From: Ginglymostoma cirratum
Taxonomy: Eukaryota
Assembly: GCA_024137785.1 (NCBI GenBank)
Contig: JAHRHZ010000110.1
Coordinates: forward strand, 124,001-188,000
Length of the DNA stretch: 64,000 nucleotides
Reading direction: 5' to 3'
Both the position numbers and the translations under genes were made by a program. Shown piece by piece: positions 11,119-24,249 of the stretch (position 1 is its first letter; every line of letters starts with the position of its first letter). The notes beneath the pieces are model-generated. The model saw nothing but the letters and a program-made list of their open reading frames with translations, searched no databases and had not been told where the DNA came from.

Positions 11119-13275
11119 ATGGAACATAGAACAGTACAGCACAGACCATTCGGCCCACTATGTCGTGCGGACCGATTATCCTACTCGAAGATCAATCTAC
11201 CCTGCACACTTGATATTTTACGATCGTCCATGTGCCCATCCAAGACTCGCTTAAATATTCCTCATGTATCTGACTCGGCTACTACCGCCAACAGCGCATT
11301 CCACTCACCCACCACTCTCTGTGTAAAGAACCTACCTCTGACATCTCCACTATACCTTCCTCCAATCACCTTAAAATTCTGCCCCCTCGTAATAATCAGT
11401 TCAGTCCTGGGAAAAGGTCTCAGGGTATGCATTCTATCTGCGCCCATCATCATCTTATATACCTCGATCAGGTCACCTTGCATCCATCTTCGCTCCAAAG
11501 AGAAAAGCTCGAGCTATCTCAGCCTTTCCTCATAAGATCTGCCCTCCAGTCCAGGCAGCATTCTGGTAAATCTCCTTTTCATCCTCTCCAAAGCTTCCAC
11601 ATCCTTCCTATAATGAAGTGATCAGAAGTGAACACAATATCTCAAGTCTGGTCTAACCAGTGTTTTAAGGAACTGAAGCATAACCTTGCTGCTCTTAAAC
11701 TCAATTCCCCTGACAATGAAAGCCAGTGCACCGTACACCTTCTTAAGAACCCTATCATCTTGGGTAGCAATTTTGAGGGGTCTATCGATGTGGACGCCAA
11801 GATCCCTCTTTTCCTCCACACTGCCAAGAAACCTGCCATTAACCGTATGTTCTGCATTTAAATTCGACCTTCCAAAATGGATCACTTCACACTTTTCCAG
11901 GTTGAATTCCATCTGCTACTTCTTAACCCAGCTTTGCATCCTGTCAATGCCCCATTGCAACCTCGAACAGCCCTCCACATTATCCACCATGCCACCAATC
12001 TTCGTATCATCGTCAAACTTACTAACCCACTCTTCCAATTCCTCATCCAAGTCATTTATAAAGATCACAACAAGTGGGATCCCAGAGCAGATTTCTTTAA
12101 AACACCACTGGTCACTGTGTCCTGGCTGAATATTTTCCATCTATGACAACCCTCTGGCCTCTATTGGACAGGCAATTCTGGATACAGACAGCCAGCTTTC
12201 CATGAATCCCATGTCTCCTAACTTTCTAAACGAGCCCACCTTGGAGAACATAATCAAATGTTTATCAAAAATCCATATACAGCACATCCATTGCTAGATC
12301 TTTATTAATGTAATTTGCCACATCCTCAAAGAATTAAATAAAGTTTTTGAGGCATGACCTGCCTCTCACAAAGCCACATTGACTATTACTAATCAAATTG
12401 TGCTTGTCCAAATAATCATCAATACTGTCTTTCAGAATCCTCTCCAATAAGTTTCCAACTACAGAATGACTGACTGCTCTGTAATTCCCAGGATTATACC
12501 TATTCCCTTTCTTGAACAAGGGAATAACATTACGTATCTTCCAATCATCTGGTATTACTCCAGTTGACCGTGAGGATGCACAAATCATCGCCAAAGACAA
12601 AGCGCTCTCTTCCCTCGTTTCCCTCAGCAACCTTGAGCATTTCCTGTCTGCCCCAGGGGTCTTATCTATCCTCATGTTTTTCAAAATTTGTAGCACATCC
12701 CTCCTTCCTAACATCAACCTGGTTGAGCATATCTGCCTTTTTCATGCTATCCTCACAAATGATAAGGTCCCTCTCACTGGTGAATACTGAAAGAAAGTAT
12801 TCATTAAGGACCTCCCCTACCTCATACGACTCTGCGCACCTTTTCCCTTCACTATCCCGGATAGGCACTACCGTTACACTGACCATCTTCTTGTTCCTCA
12901 CATAAGTATAGAATGCCTTGGGATTTTCCTAAATCCTACCTGTCATACCCCGCCTTCTCTCTCTCCTCAGTCTATTCTTCAGTTTCTTCCTCGCTACCTT
13001 GTCGACCTCTCGAGCTCTGTCCAATCCTTGTTTTCTTAACCTTAAGTAAGCTTCCTTCTTCTTCTTGACTAGATGTTCTACGTGTCTTGTCATCCAAGGC
13101 TCCTTCACCTTACCAGCCTTTCCTTGCCTCAGTGGGACAAACCTATACACTACTCAGAGCAAGTGCTCCCTCAACAACCTCCACATTTCTGTCGCCCATT
13201 TCTCTGAGAACATCTATTCCCAAATTCCTCTCCGAAGTTCTTGCCTGATAGCATTGTAATCCCCTTTCCCCCAAA
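11119..13275 (-). mobile_element. 5'-truncated CR1 LINE (RT), frameshifted
   Basis: Minus ORFs with KEPWMT, PGNYRAVS, SKFDDDTKIGG, MEFNLEKCEVIHFG, GDLIEVYK, GRFFTQRVVGEWNAL; 3' tail revcomp gaacatagaacagtacagcacag. Confidence 0.95.
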
Positions 13276-13504
13276 ACTGAAATAACATACCTGGGCTCAT
13301 CTAGGAGTTGTACCCAGGACCTCGCGCATGTTAGCACTACAGAGTACCCTAAGCAAGGGTCATAGCACAAATCCAACAAACCTTTCTTGTTTTTGGCTTC
13401 AAATAATTCACATAATTGCGATGGGAAATTGCGCCATTGTGTGTGGGGATGTCCAGGGTAGGTTGGTAAGCTATGCTAAATGTGGGTTGATGAGGATTAG
13501 CGGC

Positions 13505-13758
13505 GTCCCTCTTTTATACATGACTCTGGACGAGAATGGTCACCGTTTCATATCGGGCTCTGGGGTATAATGTTTACTGTTTTATGTTGGGCTCTGTGAC
13601 AGCATGTTCACTGTTTTACATCGGACTCTGTGGGAGAACTTTACTGGTTTATGCTGTGCTGTGGGGGAGAGTGGTCACGGTCTAACATCATGCACCGTGG
13701 CCGAATGTTCACTATTGTATATCGGGCTCTGGGGAGATGAGTCACTGGTTTAAATCGA
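13505..13758. repeat. Degenerate ~33-bp minisatellite, about 7-8 units
   Basis: Unit like cactgttttatatcgggctctgtgggagaatgtt repeated head to tail. Confidence 0.8.
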
Positions 13759-14319
13759 ACTTCATTCTACTCCTCCTATACCTTCACGTGTGTGATATGT
13801 TTTGCAACAAATGCCTGAAGCCCTTCAATCCAAACAAAAATGAATGGCAAGCTGAATGTATCTTTAAGATTCGGTGACCAACTAATGCTTTGTGTCTGTG
13901 AGAATGCATATTCCAATAAAGAAAATACGAGCTCTACGACATTTCTGGGATTTGCATTTTCACATTGGAATATGATTCGGTCCCTTGATCACACCAGAAT
14001 AACTTTCCGGTGTAAGTGTAACATGATCAGCACCGGACTGCAGGGAAAATGCACAAAGCCAAGTAAGCAGCGCAAGAGATGATACCGTGCAACATATTTA
14101 CAGTTATTAAGCCTGTGATGCAAAATAAGTGGCTCCGAAAAAAAATCCTTCGTCTGGAATGGTAAGCAGATTTATAATCCGAGAACGGCAGATCCCATTG
14201 CGAACTTTTTCCACAGGCAGTCCATGTACGAGCAACATTATCATATTTCCTTTCACTTTACCTGTCTTTCTGCTTAGCCAGTCAGTATTCCAGCGAAGAT
14301 TTCCACTTCTGGGCAAGAG

Positions 14320-15540
14320 CAAATACCAGACGTCACACGACACCATGTTATACGAGCAATTGTCTCAAAAATGATTTCTGTGATATTGCTGCCAGAACAC
14401 AACAAAAGCGAAGGCACAGGTAAGGTCTTCGAGTAAGCCTATCCTCCTCACCCTTTTCCCTAGCTGCTCGGCTATGCCAAGCTACAATATCAATTTCCCA
14501 CTAGATGCCAATACCCCAATACCCTGGGGCATTTTCAAACTGCTCCTACAAATACAATGGAGGTTTAATCTATCGCCACTTACCGGAAACTGCTTAAGTC
14601 AGGAAATAAAAAGTATAAGAGTAAGAATGACCCTCGAAAAGTGACGGCGAGCAATCATAGTCTCGATTAGATTAGGTTTCCCTTCTGATCAACAATGCGT
14701 GTGTGCCTGCATCACAACAATTACATCGGATGAAGAAGATGGCTCATCAGCTCCCGTCGCCAGAACAGAAATGAAGGAAATGGGAGAAATTTCACATCGC
14801 AGTACCTTCCTTTTCGCCAGAAAAGGTATATAACAGCAAATAGTCTCAATGCAGGATTTTGCTTCACACCAGCAACAAAATAACGATCTGCATTCACTTT
14901 CAGCGAATAGCGTGAGCAATGCAACTTGTCTGGGACATGGTGAAGCAGCACAGCCTGCTTGTTCCCTCTATCATGCTGGGGGCATTCCGCACGCGATAAC
15001 TACAGCCCCATGGAATCATGCCGTGGACGCTGATCCGATGAAGGCTTTGTTTTGTCCCACATCAAAGATTACCTTGAGCAAAACAAAGAGAAGTTAAACG
15101 CAGCTTTAGTAGAACAGTTGGACATAGTGGGATTTGAAACCACACTTTCTCAGTGACTAGAACCGAAATCCAGCAGCTTGGACTGCTCAGCCATATCACC
15201 ACCACATGCAGCTATAGCTCAGATATGACATTTTCCAATGATGCTACTGCACACAACTGATGCAATGGCACCCGGAAGTTCTTGCGAGGGACTCCACCCT
15301 TCTCATCGTTGCTCAGCTATGTCAGGGTACAATTTCAGTTTTGCGCCAGATGCCGACAGGCCTGCAATCAAAACGAATATCAACGCAAAGCTGAAAGCGT
15401 CTTGTGAGGTTTGGTTGAGCAACAAATATGATGTGCCAGTTCGAAAGTATATTATGCTTCGATCAAGAACACATGACTGCACCATATTTCCGGGTTCATC
15501 CACACCAATGCTGTCACACACTGAAAACTCATAACTTTTC
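14320..15540 (+). repeat. Low-copy Leu-cassette repeat (paralogs 37600-38600 inverted, 58190-59160 direct, 41570-41820 inverted partial)
   Basis: Shared blocks such as ggtttcccttctgatcaacaatg, atgcaggattt(t)gcttcac, atcatgctggg.gcattcc, ggacgctga.ccgatg. Confidence 0.8.
15119..15200 (-). pseudogene. tRNA-Leu (TAG/AAG-type body) pseudogene
   Basis: gtgggatttgaaaccacac...gactagaaccgaaatccagc...gactgctcagcca. Confidence 0.8.
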
Positions 15541-16013
15541 CCCGCTGTTACCGAGAATCAGGATTTTATTGAATAAACCCACACGGTCACAAAAGAAGAT
15601 AATTTCCCCTCTGAATTGGGTAACTTTCAGGGAGACTTCATTGATGCTTTCTATGGTATCCTCAGAATTAGCTAATTCTGGTTCAGCTCCATTTGACATG
15701 GAGCCGCCCAGGAAGTGACCATTCTCATTCTGTGACTATGAACAGTCTCGTTGTTACAGGATTGGAGTTGGGTTTGCCCCTTCAAAAGTCTTGTCCATTA
15801 TTATACATGCGGCTGCACCTACAAACTGATCTCTCGGACTTCCAGCGAAGTGGAAACAATTTGCACTCTAATACAAGGAACCGGTATTTTAATCAAAGCA
15901 GCAGAAGATAAACCATGTTTTAGGCATAGCTGAAGCTACTGGTTTCACGAATAATGCTGGAGGACTGAATAGCTGGGATCCACCTCAGAAAGTGAAGTTG
16001 CACGAAGCAAAGT

Positions 16014-16079
16014 CGCCCTGCATCGGGCTCAAACACAGAGGTTAAGAATCTTATGCTCCACCAACTGAGCTAGCCAGGC
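16014..16079 (-). pseudogene. tRNA-Lys(CTT) pseudogene
   Basis: cgccctgcatcgggctcaaac...gttaagaatcttatgctccaccaactgagctagccaggc; short deletion. Confidence 0.85.
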
Positions 16080-17696
16080 TCAATGGGCAGATACTTATTT
16101 TCCCATTTCACACTGAGCCAAATCCCCTGCAAGTTAATTTCAATGTGCCAAAGATGATCCAGCTGGAAAAGCGCAAGTTTCCAGTTCATTCCTCACAATC
16201 ACAAATAACATCAGTTACATCATCCACTTTTCAGCTGTTACTCCTTCAGAACACTATAATACATTTTTAACGCTTGTTCCGTGATTAAACACTCAAAATT
16301 CATATTTTAATGTCGGTACCCTCACCCTTGAGTTGCCCATGCGAATGTCAGTCACTCTGAGAGATGGTGAATCTGCTTCAATAAACCCACTCATTTATGT
16401 GATAGACTGTGTGAAATGCATTGCTGTCTGTCCAGTCTCACTCATTACATTCAGCACTTTGTTTGTTATGTACATCAGCAAATTCTGCAGCTTCGAATCT
16501 TGGGACTGGATTTTCACAGTTCGGTTGAAAAGATTCGATGTTCAAGAAGAATTTGCTACAGACGTTGTGAAACGTTAAAAAAGGGTTTTCACGCTTTTCC
16601 ACACGGGTACGACTGTTCAGAAGGAACATGTTTCCAATCGTTGTATTAGTTGAGGTTTTCCAAGTGAGGCTCAGAGTAAGTTCTACTCACTTGGAAATTG
16701 TGCAGATGTTGCTCTGAAGTTTAGTGAGCGTGATGGAATCTCCCTGTGTTTTCCTGAGCCTGTGCTCGTTGCATTGAAAGGTTTGGGCCCGGTTGGAAGA
16801 CCTTGTCTCACAAGGATGGACACGAAGCGGTTGATTGAATCTGCAGTGACCGCTTTTTGCTGGCAGTGGAGGGTTGGAGAGTCCGGGGTCAAATTCGACC
16901 GCTTGTCCCTGTATCACTCTGCGTGGATCAGGGGAAGAGAAAATCATTCATGGGTTTATTTGATTCCAATCTCTTAATAGATTTCTATAAATTAAATAAG
17001 GGTACATGTTGAGAATAGTTGTATTAAAACCTGTATGTCCGGGGTCTGACTGGATAATCGTGGAGCTGACAAAATTTCGAAGCTGTCTCCTGAAGGTACA
17101 ATCCCGATAGACAATCTTCTGTGTCACTGGAAACGTCGATGAGTAGGAAAACACAAGAGGCTGCATTGCTGGCTAATCTGAAAACACCAGTCATTCTCTC
17201 AATATCCGAATGCACTGAAGAATTGCAAAACAGTACCAGTTAACAGTAGGGTCTGCAAAAGCTCCTAATGCAGGGAGTAAGCCTCATTACGCAGCTGGAG
17301 GCCTTTCAGTTTTCAGAACCTATCACCGGTTTATGTGTGATGGTCACATGCAGTAGAGTTGTGGTGTTAGCATGGACATGAGCAAGAACGGTAACATTCA
17401 CAGCGTGAACAACGAACAAAGATAATCACCGTCACTTCTTCACATCAAGGTCCCTGATTTGTGAAGCTGTTAGTTTTACTGGCAAAGAAAATACATTTGT
17501 CATCAGGAGGCTGCTTCAGTGTCAGCTCGTTTTCGGCTCGATTCAACGTGAAATTCCTTTTTGCTGTTTCACAGACACTTCTGCTTCTCCTTTTCTTGTA
17601 TTCTCATCCCTTCCTTCACAGTTTGGTCAGAATACCTAGGTGAGGCTAGATAAACTGTAGCCGTATCGGGGAATGTTGTGGTAATGGCACCGACAT

Positions 17697-18300
17697 TTTT
17701 CCTTTCCTTTCTGTCAGTTAGCAGCCACTTCGAATGGAGAATTGGTCCTTTCAGTGTCTACCACAATATATGTCTCTATTTGTCTCTCTTTGACTCTGTG
17801 TATCCACATCACCCACTTTCAAACTCTCCTACATTCCATTTCCACATCCCTCATTCCCCATTTCTGCTCTTTGAAAAGATCACCCTCGTTCATTTTTACA
17901 CCAACAGTAAAGACATCGCTATATTATATAATTGTGATGGCATTTTTTTCGTTTTCTGTTGGATTAGGAATTCTATTTTGAATTCTGAAAATTCACAATC
18001 TTTTGAGACAAGAAATGACTCCTTACATCAGTCATAACAGACAGACATATTTTCCAAGGAATGTGATTCCAGTACTAGATATTCTACTCTCAAAGAGTCT
18101 CCAAATTTCAGACTTTTCAAAAAAGCAGAAATGGGAAATGGGTTATGTGGATAATGTCGTGTCGGAGAATGTGAAAGGGGGTGAGGTGGATACACAGAAT
18201 CAAAGAAAGTCAAATGGAGACACATATCGTGGTAGACACTGAAAGGACCAATTCTCCATTCTACATGGCTACGAAGGGACAGAAAAGGAAAAGGAAAAGG
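17697..18300. repeat. Inverted repeat / foldback element
   Basis: gaatggagaattggtcctttcagtgtctaccac (about 17732) is the reverse complement of gtggtagacactgaaaggaccaattctccattc (about 18229); arms about 180 bp. Confidence 0.85.
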
Positions 18301-18718
18301 CAACCGTTTAAGCAGAGCCTTTCACCACCTTATGGCAACGGAAGCAGAATTACAGGTGATGAAGTCCCTTTCAAGTGGTAAAGTTGACGTGAGTAAGTTA
18401 ATGAGAGAGGAATTTTGATAAATATGTTGATTCGACAGACAAAGCGAATAATTTCTACAGACATTATTACATAGAAATGCATAATTAACCTAGGAGGGAC
18501 GAACGGTCAGTGGATTTGAAACTTCAGCTCTGTTTCTCTCTACAGATGCTGCCAGGTCTGCTGAGTTTCTCTACCAATTTCTGTTTTGTGTCAAATTGCC
18601 TCAGTTTTTTTGTTTTATGTTATCCTGCACAGCGTTTGGGACAAATCAGATTAGCTGCTGGCTCCTGATCAGTCAGAAGTGCTGTCACCATGATAAATTC
18701 GCACAAACAGAACTTCTA

Positions 18719-18790
18719 TTCTCTGAATGGGAATCAAACCCGGGCAGTGGCGGTGACAGCGTAAATCCTAAACATTAGACCACCAAGAAA
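18719..18790 (-). pseudogene. tRNA-Glu-derived pseudogene, anticodon GTC
   Basis: ttctctgaatgggaatcaaacccgggcagtggcggtgacagcgtaaatcctaaacattagaccacca. Confidence 0.85.
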
Positions 18791-20156
18791 GACATCAGAT
18801 TGGTTCCTGTCTTCTCTTGATGACACTGCTTTTGCGTTTTCATTTCTGATCATATTCGCTGCGGATTGGTTTCCCCGTCTCTGAGATTTGAAGAAGACCA
18901 TTTGGACTATCGTTTCAGTGCAGCTCATCAATCCTTCATCCATTCTAGTCCCAGCTTCCAGCATTTGGCCCAAGGCCTTGTGTGCTTTGACGTTACGAAT
19001 ACAGATTCCGAAGCATTTATCCTTGTGACGTCAAAGCACACAACAAATGGGCCCGAAGTTTGAAATGGTGAAACTGCGTTAATACCTCTTTGAGGAAGTC
19101 ATTATCATTTTCGCCCACAGAGGTAGACAACAGGGGCACATCCCCGAGAGTGAAAGAGACCTCAGGATTATACCTGCTCCATGTGCTTCACGTCCGCTTT
19201 TTGGCCGCAGGCACGAGCCTCTGCGACAAAAGGCAACTTTAGGTGGAACACAAGCAAATTTTCCAGACAATGAGTACTGTTTCATGAGCTGGGATATAAA
19301 ATGGACAGTTGATCTGAAATAGTCTCACAGGCTGCTCACGTGCAACTTTCAGTTTCGAATACTCACCGACCCAATCACTGCAGCTCCTGGGAATTTGACA
19401 GCACAACCTCCGGCAGGCATCCCTAACTTAAAGAAACTGACACACGTCATGTCTCATCTCTTTCTGCCTGTGTCCCCGTCTCACCTCGAGCTCTCTCTGA
19501 CCGCCCAACTCCAAGGTCAATGCGCTGCTTTTTACAAACACAGGCAGATTGCGAAGCAAATCATGACCTGGAAAGCAGGGCCAGGAAATGTAAGGCAGGA
19601 AGGATTGAGAAGCAATGGGTTTTCAAACGGCTGGGTAAAAAGACACCAGGATCGCATCTTCCTGATTCTCCCAGATAGTGATTCTAGTAATATGCACAGT
19701 GCCAGCTGTCCCAATCCCAATGTCCCAATGGATAACGTGTCTGACAGATAGATCAGGGGCGAGTCGGTTCGATCCCTTCCTGGCTCTGTTGCATTTTGCA
19801 AGCGTTGTCCTATCACTTCACAACCTAAGCTCCCAGCAGCTGGTATAAAGGTCCCCAGCACGGAAAAGTACCCCTCAGCCCATCGGGTCTGATTCATTTG
19901 AAATCAAATCCTGACAGTTCTCGTTTCCTTTTCCGGCACTTTCCATATTGACTCACGAAGTTTAGCAACGTTTAGCAACAGTGTACAATTAAATGTATCA
20001 TAAATCGAGTGAGGTTTTCTCCTTCTTGCTCTCTAACAGGCAGTGATTGGCCTATGCCCTTCATAACCGATTTGGGTGAAGTATTCGTCGGCCACTTCTC
20101 CTGTAATAACTCTCGCAAACAATAATACAAGGAGCAAATCTCTTTCAGCTCTTAAA

Positions 20157-20237
20157 TGTAGTCGACAGGATTTCAAACAGGGGAGGAATAGCCAAATAAA
20201 TTCCAGTCCATCGCCTTAACAAGTCGGCCACGACGAC
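20157..20237 (-). pseudogene. tRNA-Ser (AGA/TGA-type body) pseudogene
   Basis: tgtagtcgacaggatt...ccagtccatcgccttaacaagtcggccacgac. Confidence 0.85.
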
Positions 20238-21331
20238 ACACGTCGGAGCACTGCCTCTGCGTTCCAGGTCTCTTTGTCTCTCTGTGTGGAGCTGACGAAG
20301 AGTGAACTATTACGCAGTTTGTTTGAATCCAATCACTTCTCAGATTTCGAAAATGTTAAATTCAGTGCATGATAGCTCCGGCTGATTCATCCCAACAGAT
20401 GGGATAAACGTTCATTTGAAAACAAAAACATAAATTTAAGGGAAGTCTCTGCAGATCTGGCAGAGAATCAGAGTCAGCTTTTCAGAACTCTGTTTTATCC
20501 CACAGGTACTGCCAAACCTGCTGAGTTTCTCCAGAAGGTTTTGTTTGTCTCATTGTCCCATAGCCGAAATGAGATTTGAATTCCTGAATTGTAGAAACGA
20601 GAATCTTTTCCATGTCTCAACTTAGTTCAGTTCCCGAGAACATCAGAGTCAATGTCCCAGCCTTTAAAAGAAGAGCAGGTGTCTTGACTGTTGTGCTTAG
20701 TGGGAAAGTTCACCCTTCATTCTCCTGTGATTTCCGTTTCCAAGAATTTCTAAAGATTCAAAAACGTGAAGACTGGGTTTTCTGTTTTGCTTCTTTAACA
20801 TCGCCCCACCTCCCGCGCCCACCACCCTACCTCCAATTGTCAATATTTTCCCAAAATCTCTTCACAATCCTTCGCCTCCAGGGATGATTTAATCCGTTTA
20901 GTGGAGTGATTTCCGAGATCGGGAATGTTCTCTTTGGAGCCAAAAAGTTTAACCAAAGATTTCCTGGTGCTGTTCACAACAGTGTGGGAAGTGTTGTCGG
21001 GAATAGGCGGGGTGATGGAGGGTAGAAACTGGAGCTACTGACCAGGTAACGTTACCAGAGGACTGCAATTCAAGATATTTAATGCAAAATCATTTATGTA
21101 GATTGAACGCAGAGAATACTGGGGAAACTCAACACGTTTAGTGCTACCTGTGGAAAGAGAAACACAGCTCAAGTTTTGAGTATGGTAAAGATTCTGTTTC
21201 AGAACTCGTGTTTACTGAATTTCAATAAATGACCAGGTTCTCCGATGGGCTGGTGAGAAGGAATTTATTGAGTTTGAGCTATAACCCATTGATCAGATTT
21301 GAAAAAAAAAAAAAAAAACAGGTTCAGGAAA

Positions 21332-21413
21332 CATAGTCGGCAGGATTCAAACCAGTGGGGAGAAACTCCAATGGACATCCAATCTATCGCCTTAACCACT
21401 CAGCCACGACATC
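21332..21413 (-). pseudogene. tRNA-Ser (AGA/TGA-type body) pseudogene
   Basis: catagtcggcaggattcaaacc...ccaatgga...atcgccttaaccactcagccacgac. Confidence 0.85.
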
Positions 21414-21744
21414 AGGGGGCATACCACACTTTAACATTCCTCATGGAATGATTTCAGCAGGAAACAGAAGTATTAGGCCTGTCTTGTCCGTGTCACAATC
21501 CTTATATTTCTTTTCATCCTGTATTTGATCTGAGCGGAGATTGAATTGAACTACGTTATTGAGAAATAGAGTGAATGGGAAGAATCCATTTCCATGAGCA
21601 GGGAGATTATTAGTCAGATCAATGGATTGAGAAATAAAGATGTATTTGTATTTTGAAAGTGTATTTCATTGCCATCTAATTCATAATCAATGAAGTATTT
21701 GGAAAGCAGATTCGTCATTAGCCAATCTAATGTGCAAATCAGGG

Positions 21745-21842
21745 CAAGATAGCAAGCGTGGGGCTGGATGAACACAGCAAGCCAAACAGCATCATAGGAG
21801 CAGGAAAACTTCACGTTTCGGACCTAGACCCTTCATCAGACC
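21745..21842 (-). mobile_element. Penelope-like terminal repeat fragment with hammerhead core
   Basis: Same sequence as 4735-4830; core ctgatgaagggtctaggtccgaaacgtg. Confidence 0.75.
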
Positions 21843-21999
21843 CTTTTCTGGCAAAATTATCAATATTAAACCTTTGTTTAACCATAGGTCAAAAACGAAA
21901 CTGTTTCAAATACTCACAATTGGCGCTGAATGTGCCAATGAGTTCATCACTGACTTTAGGGTTTTGATGTGCTCTGATTTCCACCCGTGTGTGTAATAG

Positions 22000-22935
22000 A
22001 CCCGGGAAGGAGTTGCCCATTTAATACAGAGATGAGGGGGATCTTCTCCCATTCAGTTGCGAACAAATCTGTGGAATTCTCCCAACAGAGTTCTGATAAG
22101 GATGGGTGTATTCAACGCTGAGACAGACAGAGATTTAGACATTTAGGGGTTCAAGGGCGACTGTGATAAGGCAGAAAAGTGTAGTTGAGGATTAGCCATG
22201 ATCTCACTTAAAGATGTAATTGACCTGATGGGCCAAAAGACTTCCATTTGTCACAATGTCTTATCTTTCATTTGAAGAATGCGAGTCAATTGTAAAGGAA
22301 GAAATAAAGGTCGTTTGTAAAAGGCTATTGAAGTCAAACACAGTCAACATCGTTTGTTTAAAGGCAAATCACGCTTGATAATTTTGCCAGACTTCTTTGG
22401 TAATATTACAAGCACAGGTGATGACGGCAAAAGGCAGATAAAGAGCATTTGAATTTTTAGCAGGCACTCAATAAGGAGCCATATTGCAGGTCATTGCACA
22501 AGGTAAGGGTTTACGCTGTTAGGGATAAATGAGCATGGGATGCCCATTATTTAATTAACATAAAATATTGAATCGGGATTAATGGGTATTTTTCAAGTAG
22601 AAAAGATATGATGTTTGGAGTTCCAGACTGGTCAGCCAGAGGGCTGCAATTATTTATCTCTGTATTAGTGGCTTGGAGGATGTACCAGAGTGTAAAGTGT
22701 TCAATTTTGCAGAATATACGAAATAGGCGGAGGGCATGTTGTCGTAAGGACATGCGAATTTGCAAAGGGATATGGATAGGTTGAGTGAGCGGACAAAAAA
22801 CTTGCCTCATGCAGTTTCATGCCGGCAGTGTGGGTTCTTGCACATTGGTCAGAAGATTCAAAAGGTAGACTACTAGTGAAATCGAGAGAAATTTCCAAAA
22901 AAATAAAGGGTACAAAGGAACTTGAGTGCTCTTTT
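22000..22935 (+). mobile_element. Old CR1 fragments (3' end, then RT region)
   Basis: gtcaacatcgtttgtttaaaggcaaatcacgcttgataattttg; tttgcagaatatacgaaataggcgg; atgcagtttcatg. Confidence 0.75.
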
Positions 22936-23089
22936 GCATGAAACAAACAAAAGTGAATGACATATGTATTTTTCTGGCAAAAAATGGCGTCCTTTCATCA
23001 AGCTCACAATGAAAGAAATGGTTTCCCACGAAAAGACAGAAACTAAGTACGTGTAGATTAATCGAAGGCCGGGATATGTCTCCTGTTGT

Positions 23090-23385
23090 TCTATTGGAAA
23101 TACTTGATATATTGTTTATGGTTCTGTAAACTTTATTTGCAACGGAGCTTGGAGTGGGAGAGGGGGAAATTAAGGTCACCCATAATTATTGTCTTCCCTT
23201 TATCTGTCACACACAATATCCGTTTTTATACGTTTGTTTTCATGTTGTAGTTACTGTTAGTAGGCTTGTAGACTACACCCACTAGTGACTTCTTTTCCTC
23301 ACTATTCCTCATTGCTACATAAACAGATTCTACATGCTTATCTCCTGAATCAAGGTAATCTCCAACCATTGTCCAAATGTCACCA
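23090..23385 (-). mobile_element. CR1 endonuclease-domain fragment
   Basis: Minus ORF VESVYVAMRNSEEKKSLVGVVYKPTNS. Confidence 0.75.
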
Positions 23386-23493
23386 CAACCTCGGCATTTC
23401 ACATGCCTCTGTATGCCTACTTGAAATATTAATTGATCCTCTACTGTGTTACTATTGCATACATTGAGAGAAAATGAAAGGGAAAACAAACAC

Positions 23494-23564
23494 TGCCGTG
23501 ATTCGGTTTAGAGTCGAAGCTGCTGCGGCTATATGCAGAGTATTGGCCATTATACGACCATAGC
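23494..23564 (-). pseudogene. tRNA-His-derived pseudogene
   Basis: tgccgtgattcggtttagagtcgaagctgctgcggctatatgcagagtattggccattatacgacca. Confidence 0.8.
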
Positions 23565-24249
23565 GCTTAACAACGAGGCACCAGGAAACATACAATAAGC
23601 ACACTGCTGGAGGGCATGCAAGGAGCAGCACCAGAAACACAACATAAATACTGATCAAATAGCATAATGATATGAGTAGACAAAATCTATCGAATTCAGG
23701 GCCATGGAGGATGTCAATGTCCAGCATTCAGAGTGTAAGAAATTGAAATTGATAGATTTCGATGGATAAAACATATTAAGAAATGATGGGATAGTGCGGA
23801 AAAATGTCAGTGAAGCAGGAGTTCATACATAATTTCACTGATCAGCTAGGCAGGTTCAATGGGCTGAGTGGCTACATCATATTTGTTATGTTTCAATATA
23901 AAAACATTACTTTATCACTTGGCAAATGTAGTTAATATTCGGGTGGAACTGAAGTAATTCTTCTGGGCTGAGGTCTTGTATGTATTTCTCAATTGGAAAT
24001 CGAGTTTTACATCGGCTGCATCAGCAGTTTCCTCACACAAGGAAGTAACCACTACTGCAGAAGATCATTTAAGCCCAGTTCCCAGCCCTGGGGTCAGAGA
24101 ACTTCAGTGCCCTAACATTCTATGTATGCAGAGTCAATCGGATTCTAATCCTAAATCCCTATTCCGGTCAATCCCTGAAAAACTTGATGAGCTTTGCTAA
24201 GCACATTATGTCTCTATCTGCCTTAAAATATTCAAGAACTCTGCAGGTT

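Noticed and set aside
13505-13758. CRISPR-like array
   Set aside because: Contiguous degenerate units without unique spacers, vertebrate context, no cas genes.
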